IMG/VR virus record: IMGVR_UViG_3300029448_000007
DNA from: an uncultured virus (IMG/VR IMGVR_UViG_3300029448_000007)
Lineage: Duplodnaviria; Heunggongvirae; Uroviricota; Caudoviricetes; Crassvirales
Strand: one strand, 5' to 3'
Length of the DNA stretch: 64,000 nt
Both the position numbers and the translations under genes were made by a program. The first letter of the stretch is position 1, and every line of letters starts with the position of its first letter. Below, piece by piece: positions 7,233 through 14,585 of the stretch. The notes beneath the pieces are model-generated. The model did not search any database. It had not been told where the DNA came from and was given only the letters and a program-made list of their open reading frames with translations.

Positions 7233-7466
7233 TTAGATAGGACGTAACGTCTTACCCACAAGTTCGAGCTTTTGCCCCATTTCATCGAGGTTGAGCTCAT
7301 CTCCAACCTTCAACGGCTTGTTGTACTTGAACCACCCGACGATTCCGAAGCCATTGGTGTTGAAGATGTCAATGCCGTAGACATTGGGGTCTTTGTCGGT
7401 TATTGCTACGATGGTAACGGTACCCTCGACAATAGGGTTTTTCGGAGTTTGATTTCCGTCTTGCAT
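7233..7466 (-). CDS. Small early protein (MQDGNQTPK...)
   Basis: ATG 7466 chosen because it sits ~27 nt below the conserved upstream motif. Confidence 0.75.
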   Translation of the reverse strand: MQDGNQTPKNPIVEGTVTIVAITDKDPNVYGIDIFNTNGFGIVGWFKYNKPLKVGDELNLDEMGQKLELVGKTLRPI

Positions 7467-7493
7467 GAGATAAAGTTTAATAGTTCTCGAACC

Positions 7494-7524
7494 CAAGATT
7501 GCGTTCGGTTGGATTTTAGTCCAT
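7494..7524 (-). promoter_or_regulatory. Conserved early motif, copy 3 (ATGGACTAAAATC-N11-AATCTTG)
   Basis: Same motif and spacing at 7882-7912 and 8212-8242. Confidence 0.75.
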
Positions 7525-7528
7525 TAGA

Positions 7529-7560
7529 AGTAGTGAGCCCGACTACTGCCGAGCTCTACT
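7529..7560 (-). terminator. GC-rich hairpin after 7570-7857
   Basis: GAGCTCGGC-AGTA-GTCGGGCTC with extended AGTA/TACT pairing; weak U-tract. Confidence 0.55.
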
Positions 7561-7569
7561 ATTGGGTTG

Positions 7570-7857
7570 CTACATGTCAAGGTACGTATGTTCATCGTCT
7601 GACATATCTTCGAGGTCTTCGAGTTGCTGAACACCCTCTTCGAGAAGCCTCTTACCAACCTTGCTTCTACGGGCTTCTCTACACGCCAAGTCTTCGAGGT
7701 GCATTTTGTAAGTCCTTTTAGCAATTGGGTCGTTTTCGACGTTACCGAAGATATTGGCTTTAACGGTAAACCTTTCTCTGTTGGGTTTCTCCCAAGTCAT
7801 AGTATACCAACCGTGTGCATCCGAAGAGGTTTGCGAAATAAATTTGTTTTGAGCCAT
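7570..7857 (-). CDS. Small early protein (MAQNKFISQ...), acidic C-terminus
   Basis: ATG 7857 lies ~24 nt below the conserved motif. Confidence 0.75.
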   Translation of the reverse strand: MAQNKFISQTSSDAHGWYTMTWEKPNRERFTVKANIFGNVENDPIAKRTYKMHLEDLACREARRSKVGKRLLEEGVQQLEDLEDMSDDEHTYLDM

Positions 7858-7881
7858 GATTAATGGTTTAAGGTTCGGAAT

Positions 7882-7912
7882 CAAGATTGTGTTGGGTTAG
7901 ATTTTAGTACAT
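7882..7912 (-). promoter_or_regulatory. Conserved early motif, copy 2 (ATGTACTAAAATC-N11-AATCTTG)
   Basis: Direct alignment of three copies. Confidence 0.75.
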
Positions 7913-7916
7913 AGGT

Positions 7917-7952
7917 AAAAATAGGGAGCCTCCCGTTAAGGAGACCCCCTAT
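7917..7952 (-). terminator. Intrinsic terminator
   Basis: ATAGGGGGTCTCC-TTAACG-GGAGGCTCCCTAT-TTTT; G-U pairs fit the minus strand. Confidence 0.75.
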
Positions 7953-7957
7953 ATGCT

Positions 7958-8185
7958 TTAGAATAAATCTTCTGTCAGATGGTCCATGAGACCAACGGTT
8001 CCAAGAAAACCACCAACTGTAAACAGGAAGGTTACAATTTGCATGTTTTCTATTACCTCCATGAAAGGGAATGAACCAAAGCTTGCCAACCAAGTGATGC
8101 CGACGGCAATCATAGGAAGTGAGGCAATCAATGTCCAAACAAACAGAAAGACAACAGCTAAACGGAGTGCTTTTTTCACACGCAT
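7958..8185 (-). CDS. Small early membrane protein
   Basis: ORF track; two hydrophobic segments; ~26 nt below the conserved motif. Confidence 0.8.
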   Translation of the reverse strand: MRVKKALRLAVVFLFVWTLIASLPMIAVGITWLASFGSFPFMEVIENMQIVTFLFTVGGFLGTVGLMDHLTEDLF

Positions 8186-8211
8186 GAGATAATTGTTTAT
8201 AGGTTCAAGCT

Positions 8212-8242
8212 CAAGATTGGGTAAGGCTGGATTTTAGTACAT
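8212..8242 (-). promoter_or_regulatory. Conserved early motif, copy 1 (ATGTACTAAAATC-N11-AATCTTG)
   Basis: Direct alignment of three copies. Confidence 0.75.
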
Positions 8243-8250
8243 ACACGAGA

Positions 8251-8280
8251 AGATGATAGAGGATGATAGAAGATGATAGA
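8251..8280. repeat. 10-bp tandem repeat RGATGATAGA x3
   Basis: Direct reading. Confidence 0.9.
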
Positions 8281-8281
8281 A

Positions 8282-8299
8282 GAGGGGGTTTCCCCCCTC
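8282..8299 (-). terminator. GAAA-tetraloop hairpin after 8304-8468
   Basis: GAGGGGG-GAAA-CCCCCTC; no clean U-tract. Confidence 0.55.
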
Positions 8300-8303
8300 A
8301 TCA

Positions 8304-8468
8304 TCATGGCGTCACTGGATCGTGGCCTTCGTTGCGCATCTCATCCCATAGATGTTGGATGTCCTCGGCTTCTTCTGCGAGAGCTTCTTCTTTCGCATTG
8401 AGTTCTTCTTGCTCTTGCTTGAGTTCTTCAGCGAGCTTTTGGAGTTCTTCTCCGTCTAAATTTACCAT
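8304..8468 (-). CDS. 54-aa very acidic helical protein, first gene of the leftward unit
   Basis: Hand-translated MVNLDGEELQKLAEELKQEQEELNAKEEALAEEAEDIQHLWDEMRNEGHDPVTP. Confidence 0.8.
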   Translation of the reverse strand: MVNLDGEELQKLAEELKQEQEELNAKEEALAEEAEDIQHLWDEMRNEGHDPVTP

Positions 8469-8597
8469 TTCATTTTGGTTTTTGTGGTGGCGTAGGTACC
8501 ACCAAAATCAAGAATGCAGTGGGGCTTGATATTATAAAGGTTCCCACATACCAACACTCTGAAATTTTTTAAAAAAATTTTTTGTATATTTACGCTT

Positions 8598-8795
8598 ATG
8601 GAAGAAATGATACAAGCTATTATTGATGAGCTTCAAGATGAAGCCACAATTGAGGTATCTAAGGAAAACGGTCTTCTTATTATAAAGGCTCTATGGGGCA
8701 ATGAAACTAGGAAGCTTGTACTTAGACCTGAAGATGATTTTCATGTAATTGCTGACTGGGCTACTGAGCTTATTAATGATATGCAAGATGCCTAA
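8598..8795 (+). CDS. Hypothetical acidic protein
   Basis: ORF track; TATATTTA at 8585-8592 just upstream. Confidence 0.75.
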   Translation: MEEMIQAIIDELQDEATIEVSKENGLLIIKALWGNETRKLVLRPEDDFHVIADWATELINDMQDA

Positions 8796-9033
8796 GTGGG
8801 ATTATATAGAGGATGCTATGTCTACCGTATATGATTTAGATGGGGATGTTTTTGTAGAGTATGATCACTATGTACCTAGCGGTTCTGGTGGTAACTTCCA
8901 GTCTGCCAAGTTTAGAATTACTGTAAAGATATACGATAATGAAACTTGGACTTCACATACAAAGACTTTTGACTTACAAACGCAGTCTGAAACAACAGAG
9001 GCTGTGACTGCTTGGGCTGAAACAATCAGCTAA
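8788..9033 (+). CDS. Hypothetical protein (MPKWDY...)
   Basis: ORF track frame, start moved to ATG 8788. Confidence 0.7.
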   Translation: MPKWDYIEDAMSTVYDLDGDVFVEYDHYVPSGSGGNFQSAKFRITVKIYDNETWTSHTKTFDLQTQSETTEAVTAWAETIS

Positions 9034-9215
9034 AAAGAGTAAGCAGAAAAAATAACTACCCTTTGTTTTTGTAATGACTCTGCTAGCAAGCTGGCTTAGT
9101 AACAGAGCGCCGAAGTAACTTTCGATACGCAAAGTTACGACTTATTTTTTGACGAGTCAAGTATTTTTTTAAAAAAATATAACAGGATATATGTATAGTT
9201 TATAATATTCTTTGT

Positions 9216-9223
9216 TATATTTG
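9216..9223 (+). promoter_or_regulatory. Bacteroidota -7 promoter element TATATTTG
   Basis: Exact TAnnTTTG, 4 nt before ATG 9228. Confidence 0.65.
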
Positions 9224-9227
9224 CAAA

Positions 9228-9536
9228 ATGGATAAAGCATTACGTTACAATGAGGGTAAACCAAGGTGGTCTCTCGTTGATTTCAAATCCTTAGAAGGGA
9301 TGGTAAGAGTATTAGAGTTTGGCGCACAGAAATATGATAAAGACAATTGGAAGAAAGGTGAGCACACATCTAAGATATGTGAATCACTACTTCGTCATCT
9401 GTTTGCACACATGTCAGGTAAACGTATTGATGAGGAATCTGGACTTTCCCACATTGATCATGTCGCTTGTAATGTAATGTTCTTGTCTTATATGACTAAT
9501 CAAAAACCTGAATTCGATGACATCCCAAAAAAATAA
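9228..9536 (+). CDS. dATP/dGTP diphosphohydrolase-domain protein (DUF5664-like)
   Basis: RYNEGKPRWSL, VLEFGAQKY..NWKKG, SLLRHL, DEESGLSHIDHVACN motifs. Confidence 0.9.
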   Translation: MDKALRYNEGKPRWSLVDFKSLEGMVRVLEFGAQKYDKDNWKKGEHTSKICESLLRHLFAHMSGKRIDEESGLSHIDHVACNVMFLSYMTNQKPEFDDIPKK

Positions 9537-9693
9537 CTACAACGACGATCCAGTAGAATATTGTGCTTATTGTAAAAGTTTGCACATTCTAGAAACAAAG
9601 AATGGTGTGATTTGTGGATCTTGTGGCGCGGAAAACTATACCAATACTCATAAAAATATAGAAGAATATCTTGAAAGGTTTGGCAAAAGATAG
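9517..9693 (+). CDS. 58-aa zinc-ribbon protein
   Basis: Hand-translated MTSQKNNYNDDPVEYCAYCKSLHI...ICGSCGA...; two CxxC. Confidence 0.8.
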   Translation: MTSQKNNYNDDPVEYCAYCKSLHILETKNGVICGSCGAENYTNTHKNIEEYLERFGKR

Positions 9694-9859
9694 AATAGTT
9701 ACAAAGTACAACGACTACGAAAAGATGGTCAAAGGATTTCTTCGTTCAGAGAAAATCCTAAAAGAAAAGTACAACAACTACTCTATGAGAATGGAGTTTG
9801 AAAAAGAAACCAACCGTTCGTTTGTAATAATCGAATTTAATAATGGAAAACAAAAGTAA
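9671..9859 (+). CDS. Hypothetical protein
   Basis: ORF track; start uncertain. Confidence 0.55.
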   Translation: MKGLAKDRIVTKYNDYEKMVKGFLRSEKILKEKYNNYSMRMEFEKETNRSFVIIEFNNGKQK

Positions 9860-10511
9860 GCGTCTATTGAAATCACTTCCTTTAAATAAAAATATCGAGT
9901 TAGATGAAGAGCAGCGTGATGCTTTTGAGGTAATTACAAACTCTAAGCTTACTGTTCTTAACGGACTCGCTGGAACTTCTAAAACATTTACTGCTTGTTA
10001 CGCAGCTTTACATAAATTCTTCAAAAGAGAAGTAGATAGGATTACCATTATGCGTCCTATGGTAGGCACAGAAGAGTCAAAGACTGGAATCTTGCCAGGA
10101 ACCATAGAAGAAAAGATGGAGCCTTGGCTACTTCCCGTTTTAGAAAATATGTATTTGATAGGTGGTAAGCAGACAGTACAAAAGATGTACTCTGAAGGAA
10201 AGATTCGTGCACTTCCTTTGAACTTTGCACAAGGAAACACATTTGTTGATGAGTTTGTAATTGTAGATGAATCACAGAACTGTACAAAGCAACAAGTTAC
10301 TATGATCATCACAAGGCTTGGGCTTAGATCTTCTATGGTATTTACGGGAGACCCCAATCAAATACAGTTGAAAGCTAAGTCACACTCTGGTTTACAAAGG
10401 TTGATGGATATAAACAACAAGGTACCATCAATGGATGTGTTTACTCTTACTAAAAACTATCGCGACCCGATAGTCAGAGAAATACTTGAGGCCTATGAAA
10501 AAGACAGTTAA
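9843..10511 (+). CDS. phoH: PhoH-family ATPase
   Basis: GLAGTSKT Walker A, RP, G.LPG..EEKMEPW, IVDESQN, TRLG, GDPNQ. Confidence 0.95.
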   Translation: MENKSKRLLKSLPLNKNIELDEEQRDAFEVITNSKLTVLNGLAGTSKTFTACYAALHKFFKREVDRITIMRPMVGTEESKTGILPGTIEEKMEPWLLPVLENMYLIGGKQTVQKMYSEGKIRALPLNFAQGNTFVDEFVIVDESQNCTKQQVTMIITRLGLRSSMVFTGDPNQIQLKAKSHSGLQRLMDINNKVPSMDVFTLTKNYRDPIVREILEAYEKDS

Positions 10512-10863
10512 TATAAACGCCAACAAAAAAGATATATTCTACCATTACTTGAATGTAACTACGGTGTTACATAAGCTGTCCCCTAAAGAAAAACATTTGT
10601 TATCTTTGTTTTTATTCTATGCGGATAGAGAAAAACACAACTTTAAGAAACAGGAAGACCTGTGGAATAAAGTTTTCTCTCATGAAATAAAGGAACAGAT
10701 AATGATGGACATGGATATTAAAAGTTCATCCATCCACAACCTTATGACCTCTCTTAGAAAAAAGAGAGTTATTCAAGACAACAAAATTGCCGCACAGTAT
10801 ATTGTAAATTTAGATGACGGCAAACTAGAACTAAGCTTTATATTCCATGAAAGAAATCTATAA
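10495..10863 (+). CDS. Putative helix-turn-helix protein
   Basis: LSPKE...SIHNLMTSLRKKRVI pattern; position upstream of terminase as in crAss-like phages. Confidence 0.55.
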   Translation: MKKTVNINANKKDIFYHYLNVTTVLHKLSPKEKHLLSLFLFYADREKHNFKKQEDLWNKVFSHEIKEQIMMDMDIKSSSIHNLMTSLRKKRVIQDNKIAAQYIVNLDDGKLELSFIFHERNL

Positions 10864-11056
10864 AGAGCTTGCTATTAAATATAATTTGAAACCAGAACAA
10901 ATAAAAGACATTATCATATCAAAGTTTTTATTTATTAGAAGAGAACTCAAAAGCTTTGATGATTCAGAGTTTGAAAACCTTAAAACTTTTCATGTCACGG
11001 GATTTGGGAAGTTTTTCCCATCAAGAAAAAAATATAGAAATGCCAAAAGATTATAG
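10847..11056 (+). CDS. HU/IHF-like DNA-binding protein (short)
   Basis: EIYKELA...FHVTGFGKF signature. Confidence 0.7.
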   Translation: MKEIYKELAIKYNLKPEQIKDIIISKFLFIRRELKSFDDSEFENLKTFHVTGFGKFFPSRKKYRNAKRL

Positions 11057-11249
11057 TGTAGGAGATAGGATAGCATCGACTGTTACTCTAGAACCAGGTA
11101 TCGTTGTAGCTGTAGTACACTACGATGAGATTGAAATGAATATAAGATATCTTGCTTCCTTTAGTAATGCTGACAGGATTATCGTTGAACCAGAAGAAAT
11201 CATCTCTGAAGAAGAGGCGGATCTTCTCAGAATAACTAAAAAAGACTGA
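11040..11249 (+). CDS. Small SH3/KOW-like protein (YSVGDRI...PGIV)
   Basis: ORF track frame, start moved to ATG 11040. Confidence 0.55.
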   Translation: MPKDYSVGDRIASTVTLEPGIVVAVVHYDEIEMNIRYLASFSNADRIIVEPEEIISEEEADLLRITKKD

Positions 11250-11250
11250 T

Positions 11251-11439
11251 ATGCTCCAACTCGATGGTGTATTTATTTCAAGTTTTAAATCAATGGCTGA
11301 CGGCAGTGTTCGCATCAACGCAGACCTTGGTGAAATCAATGGAGAAACTTTGGCTAACATCCAAGACCTCAACCGTCTAAAAGAGCCGCTTACACTAATT
11401 CTAGTACCAACAGAAAAATATAAAAATGTTGAAGGGTAA
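11251..11439 (+). CDS. Hypothetical protein
   Basis: ORF track. Confidence 0.7.
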   Translation: MLQLDGVFISSFKSMADGSVRINADLGEINGETLANIQDLNRLKEPLTLILVPTEKYKNVEG

Positions 11440-11743
11440 AGTTTTGTACGATACTGTAGTCCTTACTACAGAGAGAGTAGAAGAGAAAATGATCATCACA
11501 CCAGATAGTGGCTCTATTGGAGAAGACGCTGCTGGTCAAGTTAAAATGAGACAGAAGGTTGTACTTGTTGGAGAGATGGTCAAAGACATTAAACCAGGTG
11601 AAGAAGTTCTTTTGAACGCTGGTGCTATTAAACCAGACGATAAAGGACAAGACCCCAACATCGTATATGTACCGTTTGACGATGTGATGTATATGTTTGT
11701 TCCTAGACGTTATGTACTTTATGTCTTCGGAAAAGAGGAATGA
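11426..11743 (+). CDS. groES: GroES-like co-chaperonin
   Basis: KVLYDTVVL, KVVLVGEMVKDIKPGEEV, size 105 aa. Confidence 0.65.
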   Translation: MLKGKVLYDTVVLTTERVEEKMIITPDSGSIGEDAAGQVKMRQKVVLVGEMVKDIKPGEEVLLNAGAIKPDDKGQDPNIVYVPFDDVMYMFVPRRYVLYVFGKEE

Positions 11744-11835
11744 AAAAATCCTTGAAAGGTTAAAGAAGGAGCTTGAAGAAACACATTGGTGTAGACTTGA
11801 GCATCTTAAGTATTTGAGAGCAGAAATAGAAAAGT

Positions 11836-12375
11836 ATGAATCTATTTAAACTAGAAGACGAAAGACTAGACATCGAACCTGAAGTTCTTACGCTCAAACC
11901 GTTTAAAGAACTTTGGAAAAAGTATCGCAACAAACAGCATGCGATGGAAGATATGTCGTACATCTACTTTATGTTTGACCATAAGAGTGACTTTGCACAT
12001 ATCATCGATGAAGAGGAAAGGTCTTCTATTGTGATTCAAAATGTTATCTCAAGAGACAATTGGGAGCCTTCTCATCTAGAGGAGGCTTCTGCTCTCTTTA
12101 AGGAACTGCAGAAAACACTTTCGTCAGAACTTTTGGAATCTGCTAAAGTAGCTGCGTATAAACTAAGGCAGTATTTTAATGAGATAAATCTCAACGAACT
12201 TGACAGAAATGGTAAGCCTGTACACGATGCAAAAAAGCTTGTATCTACCATTGGTAGTATTGGTGAAACCATCACAGGTATCGAATCTCTTGAAGATAAG
12301 GTACTTAAGGAAAAAGAACTCAACTCAAAGCTAAGAGGTAGCAGAGAGAAGAAAATGTTTGAAGATCCAGAATGA
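11836..12375 (+). CDS. Conserved pre-terminase protein, possible small terminase subunit
   Basis: Helical, coupled by ATGA to terL; synteny. Confidence 0.55.
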   Translation: MNLFKLEDERLDIEPEVLTLKPFKELWKKYRNKQHAMEDMSYIYFMFDHKSDFAHIIDEEERSSIVIQNVISRDNWEPSHLEEASALFKELQKTLSSELLESAKVAAYKLRQYFNEINLNELDRNGKPVHDAKKLVSTIGSIGETITGIESLEDKVLKEKELNSKLRGSREKKMFEDPE

Positions 12376-14576
12376 CACCAGTTACAGAAGAATTATTCAA
12401 AAAGTACAAGCTGGATAATGACTCTGTAAATGAGTTCTACGACCTGTTTGATACCGTACCTCTTTTAAAGAGTATGTCGTCTAAAGACAGGGTTTATGCA
12501 AAAGACTTACCTAGAGAAAACAGTAAGATTACAGTAGACCTTACAAATCCTCACATCTTAGAGGACATGGACTACTTTAGACAAGCTGCCTTGCATTTTA
12601 AAAAAACAGGCAGGTATACAAACTTTTACCCTACTAAATTAAAAAGCTCTGACTACTATAAGTTCTGGAAAGAAGAAGAGCGCAGATGTAAAGAAGGGTA
12701 TGTAAGAGAATCAGATGGGGAGTGGATTACGGGGTATCATTACTTCTACCTCAACTACACACCCATTATGATCACAAGAGAATCAGACAATACCAAAGAG
12801 GTTGATGATATATCAACGGTAGAAGCTGAGAGAATACAAGAGTTTCCATTTATGTGGGATGGTGATTACCTATACTTTCACTACATAGAACAAGCCAAAA
12901 AGTCTGGTAAGTTCGGCTCTATCTTAAAAACAAGGGGTCGTGGATACTCCTTTAAGGGTGGTTCAAAGTACGCAAGAAACTACTATCACTACCCAAGATC
13001 TAAGTCATATGCGTTTGCCTCTGATAATCAGTACCTTCTGCAAGATGGTATCCTAAACAAAGCTTGGGATACTTTGGACTTTGTAGATGAGCACACTCCA
13101 TGGGGTAAGGCTAGAGAAAAAGTAGACAAGATCGACCATAAAAGAGCATCGTATGTTACAAAAGTAGATGGTGTTCAAATTGAAAAAGGATATAAATCTG
13201 AAATCATAGGTGTCACTACCAAAGATGACCCTGACAAAGCAAGAGGTAAACGTGGAATGTTGATATCTTGTGAAGAATCTGGTAATTATCCACACTTACT
13301 GCAAGTATGGAAGATTGCATACGGTTCTATGAAGCAGGGTCGTATGGTTTACGGATTCATGGAGTCATTCGGTACAGGTGGTACCAGTGGAAGTGGCTTC
13401 GAAGGTGCAGAAGCTTTGTTTTACAATGGTGGTTTTAATGTATTCCATATAAAAAACATTTTCGATAGAACCAAAGGACAAGGTATTTGTGCATTTTATG
13501 TAGGAGAGTACTTAAACAGAGAATATTGTTACGACAAAGATGGGAACTCTGACGTAGTAAAAGCTATGTGTGAGGTTCTAAACGAACGTCAGGACATACG
13601 AAATACAAACCCAGACCCATCTATACTTACTAAACATAAGGCGGACTATTCTATAACCCCTCAAGAAGCTTGTATGCGGACGGAGGGGACTTTATTTCCC
13701 ATCTATGATCTAAGAGAGTATTTACAATCAATAGCTCCTGTATTGGACTCTTTTACAGCTGCTCACCTAACACCCAAACTAAATATAGACGGTAGTATTG
13801 GTGACAAAGACCACGAGATTCCTATACGAACTTTCCCTTTGTCTTCAGAACAGTCTAAGATTGGTGCTATTGAAATCTTTACACCACCTCTAAAGTCAAA
13901 CAGTTCACACTTTAGATACATCATTGGTGTTGACCCATACGATGATGACGAGGCTACGTTCTCAAAATCATTGGGTTCTGCCTTTGTGTTTGATACTTGG
14001 ACAGACGAAATTGTTGCAGAGTACACAGGTAGACCAAGATTTGCAAATGATTTCTATGAAGTTGTACGAAGATTGTCGCTTTTGTATCAAGCTAAAGTAA
14101 ATTACGAAAACAAGAACAAAGGTTTGTTTTCATACTTTGACCAAAAACATTCGTTGCATTTGTTGGCTGATACTCCTAAGATACTGATTGACAAAGAGAT
14201 GGCTCGAGAATCCTATGGTAACAAAGCCAAGGGTACTCCACCTACAAAAGAAATCAACAGATGGGGTAGAAGATTACAGAGAGATTGGATGCTCTCAGAC
14301 CATCACTCAACAACCGAAGATGAGAAAGTATTTAACCTTCAAAAGATTCGTTCTATTGCTTATCTAAAAGAAGCAATACAATGGAATAGTGATGATAACT
14401 TTGACCGCGTGTCATCTATGGGTATGGTCATGATATTAAGAGAAGAGTATCATCAGATGGTAGAATCTGAGAAAACAAGGACAAATGTTTCTACACTTTC
14501 TGACGATCCATTCTGGACTAAAAATAATAAAGCTTTACGCTATAAGAAATTACGCGAACAAGCAAAACTGTCTTAA
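12372..14576 (+). CDS. terL: Terminase large subunit
   Basis: ITGYHYFYLNY, LKTRGRGYSF Walker A, CEESG Walker B, FGTGG, IIGVDPYD nuclease, NFDRVSS. Confidence 0.95.
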   Translation: MTPVTEELFKKYKLDNDSVNEFYDLFDTVPLLKSMSSKDRVYAKDLPRENSKITVDLTNPHILEDMDYFRQAALHFKKTGRYTNFYPTKLKSSDYYKFWKEEERRCKEGYVRESDGEWITGYHYFYLNYTPIMITRESDNTKEVDDISTVEAERIQEFPFMWDGDYLYFHYIEQAKKSGKFGSILKTRGRGYSFKGGSKYARNYYHYPRSKSYAFASDNQYLLQDGILNKAWDTLDFVDEHTPWGKAREKVDKIDHKRASYVTKVDGVQIEKGYKSEIIGVTTKDDPDKARGKRGMLISCEESGNYPHLLQVWKIAYGSMKQGRMVYGFMESFGTGGTSGSGFEGAEALFYNGGFNVFHIKNIFDRTKGQGICAFYVGEYLNREYCYDKDGNSDVVKAMCEVLNERQDIRNTNPDPSILTKHKADYSITPQEACMRTEGTLFPIYDLREYLQSIAPVLDSFTAAHLTPKLNIDGSIGDKDHEIPIRTFPLSSEQSKIGAIEIFTPPLKSNSSHFRYIIGVDPYDDDEATFSKSLGSAFVFDTWTDEIVAEYTGRPRFANDFYEVVRRLSLLYQAKVNYENKNKGLFSYFDQKHSLHLLADTPKILIDKEMARESYGNKAKGTPPTKEINRWGRRLQRDWMLSDHHSTTEDEKVFNLQKIRSIAYLKEAIQWNSDDNFDRVSSMGMVMILREEYHQMVESEKTRTNVSTLSDDPFWTKNNKALRYKKLREQAKLS

Positions 14577-14585
14577 TTTTGTAAT

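Noticed and set aside
7272..8529. + strand ORFs 7272-7721, 7624-7863, 7986-8192, 8263-8529 and minus ORFs 7524-7724, 7881-8138
   Set aside because: Shadows of the minus-strand early genes; several run through hairpins and upstream motifs
8560..8584. T7/A7 palindrome at the divergence point as genome terminus or origin
   Set aside because: Low-complexity; a similar tract occurs at ~9164-9177; cannot be supported without read-end data
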